Source: Glycera tridactyla (taxonomy: Eukaryota). From it: a stretch of 64,000 nt of DNA. Location: assembly GCA_965644265.1 (NCBI GenBank), contig OZ286463.1, forward strand, positions 104,408,001 through 104,472,000, given 5' to 3'. The number at the start of each line of letters is the position of its first letter. The stretch's first letter is position 1. This document shows, one piece after another, positions 24,748-37,224 of the stretch. The position numbers were made by a program, and so were the translations under genes. A model generated the notes under the pieces. The model made no database searches. It saw only the letters and a program-made list of their open reading frames with translations, and was not told where the DNA came from.

Positions 24748-27407
24748 CCCTGATTCTCAGCTGGTCTCCATGCCAACTATACTCACCTCGACCTGGCTTT
24801 ACTTAGTAGTGAACCTCATATGTTGATAAGCAGGAAGAAGTAGCGAGAGACCCTGATTCTAGCAGCCTGCAACCTAGCCTCAGCTGGTCTCCATGCCAAC
24901 TATACTCATCTCGACCCGGCTTTACTTAGTAGTGAACCTCATATGTTGATAAGCAGGAAGAAGTAGCGAGAGACCCTGATTCTAGCAGCCTGCAACCTGG
25001 TCTCAGCTGGTCTCCATGCCAACTATACTCATCTCGACCTTGCTTTACATAGTATTGAACCTGATATGGTGATATCAGATAAAAGTAGCGAGAGACCCTG
25101 ATTCTAGCAGCCTGCAACCTGGCCTCAGCTGGTGTCCATGCCAACTATACTCATCTTGACCCGGCTTTACTCAGTATGGAACCTGATATGGTGATATCAG
25201 ATGAAAGTAGCGAGAGACCCTGATTCTAGCAGCCAGCGACCTGGTCTCAGCTGGTGTCCATGCCAACTATACTCATCTCGACCTGGCTTTACTTAGTATT
25301 GAGCCTGATATGGTGATAAGCAGGAGGAAGTAGCGAGAGACCCTGATTCTAGCAGCCTGCAACCTGGCCTCAGCTGGTTTCCATGCCAACTATAGTCATC
25401 TCGACCTGGCTTCACTTAGTATTGAACCTGATATAGTGATAAGCAGGAGGAAGTAGCGAGAGACCCTGATTCTAGCAGCCAGCGACCTGGTCTCAGCTGG
25501 TCTCCATGCCAACTATACTCATCTCGACCTGGCTGTACTCAGTATTGAACCTGATATGGTGATAAGCAGGAGGGTGTAGCAAGAGACCCTGAATATAGCA
25601 GCCAGCCTGTGACCTGGCCTCAGCTGGTCTCCATGCCAACTATACTCATCTCGACCTGGCTGTACTTAGTATTGTATCTGATATGGTGATAAGCAGGAGG
25701 AAGTAGTGAGAGACCCTGATTCTAGCAGCCAGTGACCTGGTCTCAGCTGGTCTCAATGCCAACTATACTCATCTCGACCTGGCTGTACTCAGTATTGAAC
25801 CTGATATGGTGATAAGCAGGAGGGTGTAGCGAGAGACCCTGATTCTAGCAGCCAGCCTGTGACCTGGCCTCAGCTGGTCTCCATGCCAACTATACTCATC
25901 TCGACCTGGCTGTACTTAGTATTGTATCTGATATGGTGATAAGCAGGTGGAAGTAGCGAGAGACCCTGATTCTAGCAGCCAGCCTGTGACCTGGCCTCAG
26001 CTGGTCTCCATGCCAACTATACTCATCTCGACCTGGCTGTACTTAGTATTGTATCTGATATGGTGATAAGCAGGAGGGTGTAGCGAGAGACCCTGATTCT
26101 AGTAGCTAGTGACCTGGTCTCAGCTGGTTTCCATGCCAACTATACTCATCTCGACCTGGCTGTACTTAGTATTGTATCTGATATGGTGATAAGCAGGTGG
26201 AAGTAGCGAGAGACCCTGATTCTAGCAGCCAGGCTGTGACCTGGTCTCAGCTGGTCTCCATGCCAACTATACTCATCTCGACCTGACTGTACTCAGTATT
26301 GAACCTGATATGGTGATAAGCAGGAGGAAGTAGCGAGAGACCCAGATCAAGCAGCCAGCGACCTGGTCTCAGCTGGTCTCCATGCCAACTATACCCATCT
26401 CGACCTGGCTTCACTTAGTTTTGAACCTCATACGTTGATAACCAGGTGGAAGAAGTGAGAGACCCTGATTCTAGCACCCTGTGACCTGGCCTCAGCTGGT
26501 CTCCATGCCAACTATACTCATCTCGACCTGGCTGTACTTAGTATTGTATCATATATGGTGATAAGCAGGAGGGTGTAGCGAGAGACCCTGATTCTAGTAG
26601 CCAGCGACCTGGTCTCAGCTGGTCTCCATGCCAACTATACTCATCTCGACCTGGCTGTACTTAGTATTGTATCTGATATGGTGATAACCAGGTGGAAGTA
26701 GCGAGAGACCCTGATTCTAGCAGCCCGCGACCTGGCCTCAGCTGGTCTCCATGCCAACTATAGTCATCTCGACCTGGCTTCACTTAGTATTGAACCTGAT
26801 ATACTGGAAGTAGCGAGAGACCCTGATTCTAGCAGCCTGCGACCTGGCCTCAGCTGGTTTCCTTGCCAACTATACTCATCTTGACCTGGCTTTACTTAGT
26901 ATTGAACCTGATATGGTGATAAGCAGGTGAAAGTAGCGAGAGACCCTGATTCTAGCAGCCTGCGACCTGGCCTCAGCTGGTCTCCATGCCAACTATAGTC
27001 ATCTCGACCCGGCTTTACTTAGTATTGAACCTGATATACTGGAAGTAGCGAGAGACCCTGATTCTAGCAGCCTGCGACCTGGCCTCAGCTGGTCTCCATG
27101 CCAACTATAGTCATCTCGACCTGGCTTCACTTAGTATTGAACCTGATATACTGGAAGTAGCGAGAGACCCTGATTCTAGCAGCCTGCGACCTGGCCTCAG
27201 CTGGTCTCCATGCCAACTATAGTCATCTCGACCTGGCTTCACTTAGTATTGAACCTGATATACTGGAAGTAGCGAGAGACCCTGATTCTAGCAGCCAGCG
27301 ACCTGGCCTCAGCTGGTATCCATGCCAACTATACTCACCTCGACCTATCTATACTTAGTATTGAACTGATATGGTGATAAGCGTGTGGAAGTATCGAGAG
27401 ATCCTGA
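24748..27407 (+). repeat. Tandem array (minisatellite/satellite) of 22 units of 112-127 bp, modal 123 bp
   Basis: The CAGCTGG anchor recurs at 24758, 24881, 25004, 25126, 25248, 25371, 25494, 25621, 25744, 25871, 25998, 26121, 26248, 26370, 26493, 26616, 26739, 26851, 26974, 27086, 27198, 27310. Stop codons occur in the unit in all plus frames. Confidence 0.97.
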
Positions 27408-27654
27408 CGCACGAATTAGTAGGAAACCATGTTCTCCACATGTTACGCCCAATAAACACCCATAATGACACTTTATCTTGCTTGCTTAATCACCAAATAT
27501 GCCTCAAAGTGCGAAATAACCTCGTATTTGACAATATAAACACGAATGGCGGTATTTCTGACAATAATTTGGATAACTCAATCAAGTGATAAGCACTGGC
27601 CGAAATGGTCAGGGTATTGGTGAGAGTGGCCAAAACGTCCGGTTACCAAATGGA

Positions 27655-27950
27655 ATGACAATAGAGCTCCCGGTTACTGCCACTTCACCACACGGTGACA
27701 GCGAGCTGATCCGGTGACAATAGGGCTCCCGTTACTGCCACACGGTGACAGCAAGCTGATCCGGTGACAATAGGGCTCCCGTTACTGCCACACGGTGACA
27801 GCAAGCTGATCCGGTGACAATAGGGCTCCCGTTACTGCCACACGGTGACAGCAAGCTGACCCGGTGACAGCACCGCACGGTGACAATAGAGCTGGCGTTA
27901 CTGCCACCGCACGGTGACGCTACCGGTAGCGTTAGATTCACCGCACGGTG
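27655..27950 (+). repeat. 50-bp tandem repeat, ~4 conserved copies plus degenerate edges
   Basis: CACGGTGACAGCAAGCTGATCCGGTGACAATAGGGCTCCCGTTACTGCCA starts at 27691, 27741, 27791, 27841. Confidence 0.93.
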
Positions 27951-28989
27951 TAAATAACCGCAGCCGAAAATCAAAGTGATTCGAAGAAACGTCACACGAG
28001 GATTTTCAGATATTGCAGAGGACGAGCTCGACATCTTTACCTTTTGCCACTTCGTCATGGGGTATTTATAAAAAGGGTCGATGTATTTCTATCTCCAAAG
28101 CACCGCACAAGAAGAGATTCCACGTATGTACCAATATGAGCAGTGAACGAGGGGAAGTAACGGAGCCTTCTAGTGCCGTTTCAACTGTTGAATACTAATC
28201 CCCCATACATGGCGACATTGCATTTTCTACGAGGTATTGTGATTATATTGACATTCTTCGTGACACTCGGCGAGAGTCCATCATATTTATGGTTCCCAGG
28301 GGTAATAGGGACCAGTTTCTGGTAGGTGGTTACCACCCCCCCCCCTCCCCATATCCGGAACTTGACGAGCGGGTTTATAGTGAGGGTTGCAACGCGTGGG
28401 CGTAGGAATGGGTTATATTCGTAACGTGACTGTATACAACCCATTCATAGCCATTGTCTTATCTCATCTTACATTGCTGGGCATCACCGGTGGTTGCATC
28501 TGCTCGCATCAATTGCCACCATCAATGTCATTGATAATGACATGTGCATCTTTATGTACTACTTACTCAGCATACACATGTATCTGTACGATCACGAGGC
28601 CTAGATCAATACCAGTCAGTTTTCAGGTGTTGCTGAGCAATGCAAAACTTCCTATAATTATCTTATCTGAAAAATGCCATGAATTCCGTTTACCGGTGAA
28701 TTTCCATCTGATTTCCGTAAACAAATGTCATTTTTCCCATCTACCTCGTTGTTACTACTTGTTAAACTCGGTGATGTGGAATGTAGCCCTGGTACTGGCC
28801 TTCCCCCGAGTATACTATAAATAAAAGCATACTTACTTACTTGCTTACTTTTGAATCATACAGGGTTGATAAGAGATTCCTACATTTTGCTGATTAAGAA
28901 GCAAGTGGTTCTAAACATCCATGAATCAATCGCCCGAAAATATTGATTTAATCGAGCACCAAGCACCGGACCAGCTCAAGAGGCTAACT

Positions 28990-29140
28990 TCATACAGAAC
29001 CTGCCATTCCCATAAGGTGATAACTGGCAGACCTCTCTACCGGGGATGACCTTTGTACTAATACCATTATTTATTGTGAGTTTCCGACTTGAAGCTCACC
29101 TATTCGAGTATGTTAGCATTCCCTTAACTTGAGCAGTATG
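28990..29140 (-). mobile_element. Possible decayed L1/Tx1 RT fragment
   Basis: Minus frame MLTYSNR*ASSRKLTINNGISTKVIPGREVCQLSPY resembles LYSNASSRVxNNG...RGVRQGCPLSPY. Confidence 0.25.
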
Positions 29141-30787
29141 TGACACAGGTGAGGTATAAGGGGAGATGGGGATGAAAACATGATGAGAATAGTTGTTCAT
29201 TGTGTTTGCGGGATAAAATCAGGATTAAAAAGGTCTACATTGTACTGTACACCGATCATCACGAGTGACAGTGCACACACCATGCAGACTCTATATATTT
29301 ACAAGATACCAGCGACTACTGTCCATAACTTTGCTCATCCATATGCCTATACTCGATGAAGTCATTATAGCTGCACGCTGAGTAATCCGTACGATATCTA
29401 AGTTATTTCTGGCAGAAGCATGCTCACCTCGGGCAGCAATTTGAGAGTCAATTCTGCTGTATGGCACTCAGACTCGGTTGACAGTCCAATTACGAAAGTA
29501 GAAACTCTGCTCATTGCCTCATCCGAAACAAATAGGCTGGCCTGAGACCTTCACCTCTCATTGTCAGCACTTCCGCTATTGGATCTATTCGGTTTGCATA
29601 GATGGATGTTGGCATATCTGTGTTGCTAATATGTGATTGACATACAATTACCTACGTTTCGATAAATGAGGATGATATATACAAATGAGTATGGACGAAA
29701 GGAAAATTGCGAGATGGGGATGAGTGAAAGAGATTGGCCCTGTCAGGTGTTGATGCATATTATTTCCAGTCATGATAATATGGATCTCATGAGTTGTGAC
29801 GGATTTTTACATTTCATTCTAGCTAGATGTAGAATTTTTGATTGCGGAGTTTTAGAATTTTCGCTGTGATTAGATGTTGCATTTCTCAATTATTCGAATA
29901 CTCATACATGCGGACGTTATGACATCCAGCTACTCAGACAGATCCTCGAAGTTCAACCATTCATTTATTCAAATACTGAAACTATCTATTATCCAGTTAC
30001 ACATTCAGATATCAAACCTTCGACATTCAAATATTCAAACATTCAAACATTTTGTCATTGGAAATTAGCTAGTTGACTTTCGATGTACATTTGACATATA
30101 CATGCGATAGGCAATAGGTAATAGATATGACGGGCAGAATCAACAGTCAAACATCCTCGGCAATAATAGAGCAAAATAGACGTATGTCAATGGACAAGAG
30201 ACACGCCCCTATAGACTGATGTCAAAATGCAAACGACATTAGACAAACCTCACCAGACTAACGTCGATAAACAAACGTCACTAGACAAACATCCCGAAAT
30301 ACATCTCTAATCTGAAATCTGAATTTCTTGAATGTCTGCATATCAAGATCAGCGCTATCAGGACATTTCGCAATATGTTGAATTGAATTATATAGTTTAT
30401 TCACATAAGCATGGACAGAAAGTAACATAAAATGCTAAGGTGGACAACACAATAATAACTCAAAGAACATATAAACAAATGATGGCGATAGATGAGACTG
30501 GGTTCAGTATGATATGATATCGTGTGGCTCAGATGAGTCAGGAAGATGAAGAATGTACAGTGTGTGGGTGAACTGAGTAATTGGCGGTTCAAATGGAGAT
30601 GTTGATGTGAGTATTACAGTGATTGATCGCAAGATATCCTTCTAGATCAGTGGATACTTTCGACCTACATCCCCTGCTTTGCACGGTCATTGAAACTTCT
30701 TCTGACACAACATAATCCACACGCGCATGTCCCATTGCAATTGGTTAATCCATCGGACACGTCAGTCAGGCATGATGAGAAACGACA

Positions 30788-31669
30788 CTATAATCTATAG
30801 ATACGTTTTGCATGACGTTTTGGGATTTCAAGAGAACCAGAGTTTTGTACTGATGATTCAGTTTGATTCCAAAGAATGCCGACCCTGATGAAAGGGTTCC
30901 CTGATGCAAAGGCTGTACGGGCAAAGGGTACTTCCAGGTCATTTCTGGCTGTTAGACGTGTCTGGCGCGTGGAGATTAACCTTCTTGGTTTTACACAGTC
31001 ATGTAACTGTATATTTCCGATCTTATTCACCCATTTGCAGGTTTCCACCAATAGATGTCGCTGTCTCAGGGATGCAAGATACGGCACTTTTAGTGCGAGG
31101 TGGCATTCCGTTGCAGAGTATACCGGCTGGCGATCTCTGACTACTCTCAGACAGCTGTTCTGTGCCATCTGTAGTCTATGCGAGGCAAATTTCAACATGC
31201 TAGCATAAATATGATCGTTGAAACAAAAAATCGACTGAATGAGTGAATGATAGACAAACAAGGCATGGCTTTGGGAGATGTATGGTCGGATATGCGTGAG
31301 TGCTGATCTGCGAAATTTCACTTTCTTGATGATATTATCGACGTGCTGTTCAAAGTTCAAGTTGCAGTCCAGCACGATACCTAAGTACTTATTATTGTGA
31401 ACTCTTTTGATCTCTTTGCCGTCATACGGGAGCGATTCGGCGCTTATGATTTCTGTCTGTAGGCGATTTCCAAAGAACACTAGGGACGATTTATCTAAAT
31501 TCAAAGACAGCTTTATGTATTTGAACCACTTGTATATAATCTGGAGATCTTCCCAGACATTGTTAAGCAGCTCATCTTCACTGGCAGCACTCGCCCATAT
31601 CGCTGTGTCGTCTGCATACAAAAATGGTGTACACCAACGCAGCATACTGGGTAATTCGTTCATGGGCAT
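30788..31669 (-). pseudogene. LINE ORF2 fragment: RT C-terminal half, 293 aa
   Basis: ORF track protein contains FLYADDTAIW, LSLNLDKS, NKYLGIVLDCNLNFEQHV and RVGILWNQ. Confidence 0.92.
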
Positions 31670-31673
31670 AGGA

Positions 31674-32139
31674 ATACCAGAATCATCTTCCGACTGAGAG
31701 AAGTTTTAGACCAGACCTGAGTATTGTTCGAATGGGAATTCCTGAGTTTGGTGATCAACAAAGCAAGTCGGAAACGGTACACATAAATGGAGTTGAATCG
31801 ACGGGAAATAAAGAAGGGAAATGGAAGATGAAAAAAATTGTTTGGTGATGAACCAGCACATTCGAAAGCCATTGTGAACTGCTATAATGCGAATATTACA
31901 TGACTAGCATCACTGAAGCCACACTGAACAGTGCGATATATATCGATCCTGCCGAAAAAAAAAACACACATCGTGGTAAATCCATCGAATCCCATGACAC
32001 CAAATCCTATCTCTCAGCAGACACTATGAAGCTCTCTGCCTCTTTCTCCGTCTCTCTCTGTCTCTGTCTCCCTTTCTCACAATCTCTCTCTCTTTCTCTC
32101 CCTCTTGTCCTCCCTCTCTCTCATCACCCTTGAAAGTGC
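31674..32139. repeat. ~460-bp dispersed repeat, copy 1, inserted within the LINE RT
   Basis: Colinear with 34030-34487 from ATACCAGAATCATCTTC to CACCCTTGAAAGTGC, with a CT-rich right part. Confidence 0.92.
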
Positions 32140-32349
32140 GAGGATCAAGCCTTGTGGCACACCGCAGGTTACAGGAGCGTACGTTATTGTATTTGGAGGT
32201 CTGACAGCAGCCGGCCAGATAAGACTCGACCCATTGGACCGTGCTGTTTCTGAACCCTGCCTCACGTAGTCTTTCCAGAAGTCTGAGATGATTGACGGTG
32301 TCGAATGCCTATTTCAGATCCAGGAAGAGAACCCGTGGGCCGTCCCTGG

Positions 32350-32603
32350 TTAGCATTCACATTATTCCATGAAATGGCTCCATGAACCCTGAAATTCTTC
32401 TCGCTCATTTATATTCTACTCTGTCCTGGCGTGGCGAGGGCGCGTATTATGTACATGATCGTACTCGGTCAGTTCACAAACTGGGACAGACTTGAACTCA
32501 CCAGATAACTCCTTCTTGACATGCAGAATCTCGTGGTCATGGCGCCTGTCTTTCAGTGTCGGGACTTTCAGGTAAAAGTATGATAGAGAGGTCGTGTACT
32601 TTT
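32350..32603 (-). mobile_element. C-terminal ORF2 fragment of a second, divergent CR1-group LINE
   Basis: LKVPTLKDRRHDHEILHVKKELSG...HNTR and NFRVHGAISWNNV parallel the C-terminus of 30788-31669 (LKVPYLASLRQRHLL...RVGILWNQ). Confidence 0.6.
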
Positions 32604-34029
32604 TTGGGTCTCTGTTTATGTTTTAACATAGTATTCATTGAAATTCACTCCTTCACAACATGCTGGGCATCAGTTCGATGATCGATCGACGTTCCTTCGT
32701 ACCAATATACGATGAGGTGATAAAAGTTGATGATAGCGTGACAGAAGTAACTAGGACAATCATATTCTCATCTCCTGTCCTCAAGTCTGTTTGTATGCAC
32801 CACTTCGTGTGGAGGCCCCCATGCCTCGCTCATATCTCACGACCAACCCGCAGCATGACGACTCAATCACCCGATATTCCAGCGAATCAGCTTCTCCAAG
32901 ACATTGAGCCAATCGACTGAGAGCTTGCTCAAATTTTGAACACGGACTACACACATCACAGAGATAACGATTATGATGACTGGGGTCCAAGTAGATAACG
33001 GGAAGCTAGAAGGCTCTTCAAATGAGGATTCCTGTGAGAAGTTCTTTACTTCGGACATTGAATCATGAACCTACACAAGCCATCGTCATCATCATTCATA
33101 GATTATGTAGAGAATGTTTGCTGCTCATCCACATATCTGTTGAACCCTTTCACCGAAGACGTATCTGCCCTACTCCATCACAAGCAATAACTGAACACAT
33201 AGGTTGCCGCGACCACCAAATATTACCGCCGACGGAGAATGTAATTCGTGTGAGATTGAAGATTTGAGAGACTGCAGCGGTGACAAACTGCCGCAATATC
33301 CGGTGATACATAACCTTGACGACGCTCCTATCATCATGCATGGTTGCTCGCGTTTACAATTTCAGAATAAAGTGTGGTCACGGCTGATGTTTATATACAG
33401 CCACCGACACTAATGAGCATCTCACCGAGCAACTGACTTGTCCAATAAAAAAACGTAGGCATGGCTAGATGTAAGTCATTTTGAAATCGCATGCAGACCC
33501 GACCCTGAATGGTGATCCTATTTTCTGGTGTGAGGAGCTACGTCATTGCTCCAGCCACGGATGACGTTGCTAAGGATGATATGCTCAGCGCAGCTGTCAT
33601 CACGTGACATCAGCATGACGTCACATCCCTGACTGTCACGCTGCTACAAATGGAAATATAGATGACCAACCGATCATAATATGAGTTACTGCTACTAAAA
33701 ACGTGGTACACGTGTATCCATCACGCTTCGGGTGAGGGGGGTTCTAGAGCATTCTACCATAACCTATAGGCTATGGATAACATGATTTGGAACATGGAAT
33801 GAGTGAGGAGCAATTGACTGAGAGTTTTTCTATTGACATTCCATCATCCTCTCGTTGATTGTTCCAAGATGATAAAATACAGCTATGAACCGTCACCTTA
33901 CTCCATTTAATATCGCTTTTATCGTCATTATAGTTTGTTCAGTCAAATCGGAAACAATAATCACCGGATCCTAGAAAATCATCAAACTTCACCGATCAGG
34001 GCGGAATGAAGTAGCCGAGCAGAAGTTGC

Positions 34030-34487
34030 ATACCAGAATCATCTTCTGACTGAGAGAAGTTGTTTTAGAACAGACCTAAGTATTGTTCGAATGGGAATTC
34101 CTGAGTTTGGTGATCAACAAAGCAAGTCGGAAACGGTACACATAAATGGAGTCGGATCCACGGGAAATGAAGAAAGGAAATAGAAGATGAAAAAAATTGT
34201 TTGGCGATGAACCAGCACATTCAAAAGCCATTGTGAACTGCTATAATGCGAATATTACATGACTAGCATCACTAAAGCCACACTGAACAGTGAGATATAT
34301 ATCGATCCTGCCGAAGAAACAAAACAAAAATACACATTGTGGTAAAACCATCAAATCCCATGACATCAAATCCTATCTCTCAGCCGACACTATGAAGCTC
34401 TCTGCCTCTCTCTCCGTCTCTCTCTCTGTCTCTCTCTCTCTTTCTCACCCTCTCGTCCTCCCTCTCTCTCATCACCCTTGAAAGTGC
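34030..34487. repeat. ~460-bp dispersed repeat, copy 2
   Basis: Colinear with 31674-32139. TGCAT occurs at both boundaries (34027-34031 and 34485-34489). Confidence 0.92.
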
Positions 34488-37037
34488 ATGGTCAGTAACA
34501 CAGCACATTCTCAGCGACCACAGCACTGCCTAGCATCAAATATATCTCTCCTGGTTGAAGTAAAATGATGTGTGGCAGTAATTCCACTAAGACTGATTTG
34601 CCTTCAATAACAGATATTATATACGTCAATGTGATGGTACTGGCCCAGTTAATCTTGACCATTTCGGTCACCAAATGGCATAAAATCGTTGTTGCCTGTG
34701 GATGAGATTTCGGACAGCCCGTTGATTCACTGTCTGTTGTAGCTACTGTACTAGAGAGCAGGAAGACAATGTTAGGAGAAAAAGGAAACTGCAATGCCAA
34801 ATAACATCCAGAAATGTCATTAATCCTACACCGAGAACAAACAAATGACACACACCTGGGAGTCTCAACCCACAGATGACTTTTTCTGTGTACTTGGCAG
34901 ATGACAGCTACTCTTGGATGGAGCTCAATGATGATAATCAGAAAGAACAAAGAATGCCATCAATATGTTGAAGGCACGTTTAACTGCTGCTTCTCCAGTA
35001 GTGGATGACAGTCGTGAGAAATATGTAACACTTCACTCTCACCATCTTTCTAAGTAGTCCCCTTCACCTGTTGATGACTGTAAACACATTGCCATGAGAG
35101 AAACGATCTAGGTTGATTGCAAGACCATCATTCATGAGCATTGCATAGGCTTTATTGTGGAGCAATGGAGGGACATTGGTATTCTTCCACCTAATTTGAA
35201 GATTCACTGGATATGCACTTTGAAGTGGATTCTGACTACGATGACAGAGGAAGGTAGTCATCAACATGAATAGCTATCATTTAAAGTGATTGGAACAATC
35301 ATAGCGGTTTCTCGGATCTACTGGTAATTAGCAATATCATCAACGACCGTCTGATACCATAGATGTGTTGAGCAACCATAATCATTATGCAAGCTGTGAT
35401 GAAAGTAATCTTATAGTGAAAAACACTGAATATTTTATGTCATGCAATCAATACATGAGTAAGAACGCGCATTGCTTGTGGCAGACAGTTGTTGAAAATG
35501 CATTGAGAAGGGGGGTCGATGACTACCGAGGCATTGTGAATGGCACCACACACTGATATGATTCGTGTGAAGCCCTTCTCCCTGGTGTCACTCTGTATTC
35601 CTGCTCCCCCCTATCTATCAAGTCATGCACGTTGAGTTCCAGTATCAATACATATCAATGATTGTGGGACCATCAGTTTTAATTCCGTCATGTACTAATT
35701 TGTATTCCAATCTTAATTGATTCATTTTATTCACTTCTACTTCACACCTTTCTTGTCAATATGCACATATTGTTCGTTCTTCATATAAGTTGTGCATTGT
35801 TATGCTACTATATTTGTGTTCATACATTTGTGTTCGGAATGGGAAAGATATAGTCACTAACCTCCACCTGGCGAGTCCAAATAATATTTTTCGAATGGAA
35901 ATCTCGGAATGTACCTCTTAAACGTGATACCAGAAGTACAGTGTTGTCGATCTCGGACCCAATGCTGATTATTGTCTTTTTCGCCACCTAAGAGGTTATG
36001 CTGTAAATATGGACAGAAGAAAGGATAAGCCAGATCACTTATCAGACAGGTCAAAGCTTCCAGGTTGATACACGATCAGTCCCTCCTCAAAATGTACCAT
36101 TCACTCTTTTCAAAGACTTTCACTTGTCCCTAGGTCGAACCATCCAGAAAGAAAATCTCCAGTAATTCTTCATTGACAGAAACTCCTACATACCGGTCGA
36201 CATAATCTTGAGCGGTCACCACGAGATATTCCTACATCCAGGGAAATGTTGGTTTCCAAGTAGTTTTGGAGAAAGTGTTGAGGTTTTCATGAGGCACATA
36301 TGAGGTGATCAGCCTCTGAATTTGGTTACCTGTCAGAATTGCTTTCTAGTGAGAAACTAGTAGGAGGAGTATCAGGTGTTGGAGAAACTTTTCATTACGT
36401 TAGTATAGTTCGAATGTTCAATGTCGTTAGTTCAGTGGGGGGTGAATGCTGAATCCGAAAATAGACAGGTAGGATAAAAAAGTCACAGGAAAGCAGCATA
36501 AAGAAGAGTGAAAAAATATATCTGAACAAATGTGCGGGCCCATTACCAGGGACGAGACCACACATCAGTGCTGTCATAGAGGTGGCCAAACCTTTTAACT
36601 TCACAGACGTATTCATGAGCTTCATCCAGCATAGCAAAGTGCCCCATATATCACCATCACTTGCTGATACTTGGTGAATGAGAAAAGACAGTTGAGCATG
36701 AGAAACGGCTGCGATGACGGAAATGCTGACATATCAGTGGCAGCATTGGTATCCAGCTAGATTGATATATAATACTGTAGCGTTCGCCATTGGTCATTCT
36801 CAGCACAAAGACATCCCCCCCCCCCCGAAAAGACTGTGAGCATGATGAATATTCCACGCAGGGGCAGACATATATTGATCAGAGAGAGAATGAGGTGGAG
36901 ACAGAAAAGGGGGGGGGGGGGGTTGAGGAGGGAGACAGAATCTGACAGAGGGGAACAGAGATAGAATGAGGGAGCGGAGAGGAGAGGCGAAATAAACAGA
37001 CGGACGAACAAATACATACCTACGTAGACATAGATAG

Positions 37038-37224
37038 NNNNNNNNNNNNNNNNNNNNNNNNNNNNNNNNNNNNNNNNNNNNNNNNNNNNNNNNNNNNNNN
37101 NNNNNNNNNNNNNNNNNNNNNNNNNNNNNNNNNNNNNNNNNNNNNNNNNNNNNNNNNNNNNNNNNNNNNNNNNNNNNNNNNNNNNNNNNNNNNNNNNNNN
37201 NNNNNNNNNNNNNNNNNNNNNNNN
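37038..37224. other. N gap within ATAG/AGAC-type simple repeats
   Basis: Run of n flanked by microsatellite-like sequence. Confidence 0.95.

Larger units (their letters stand above)
30378..32345 (-). mobile_element. 5'-truncated non-LTR retrotransposon (CR1 group, L2/Crack-like), interrupted by a 466-bp insertion
   Basis: Minus-strand RT motifs in order: FLDLK*AFDTVNH (~32330), WVESYL, VTCGVPQGLIL (32140-32172), then after the insertion MNELP...LYADD, LNLDKS, KYLGIVLD and a C-terminal region. The 3' end has AATAAA (30396-30401) and a short (TTCAA)n tail (30378-30388). Confidence 0.88.

Noticed and set aside
24748-27407. CRISPR array, hammerhead-ribozyme satellite or coding repeat
   Set aside because: Whole units are repeated with no unique spacers, I saw no CUGANGA/GAAA core, and the unit contains stops although 123 is divisible by 3.
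35245-35278. IAIHVDDYLP (calpain-like or copia YVDD-like motif, minus strand)
   Set aside because: Isolated motif with a stop four codons later and no supporting context.
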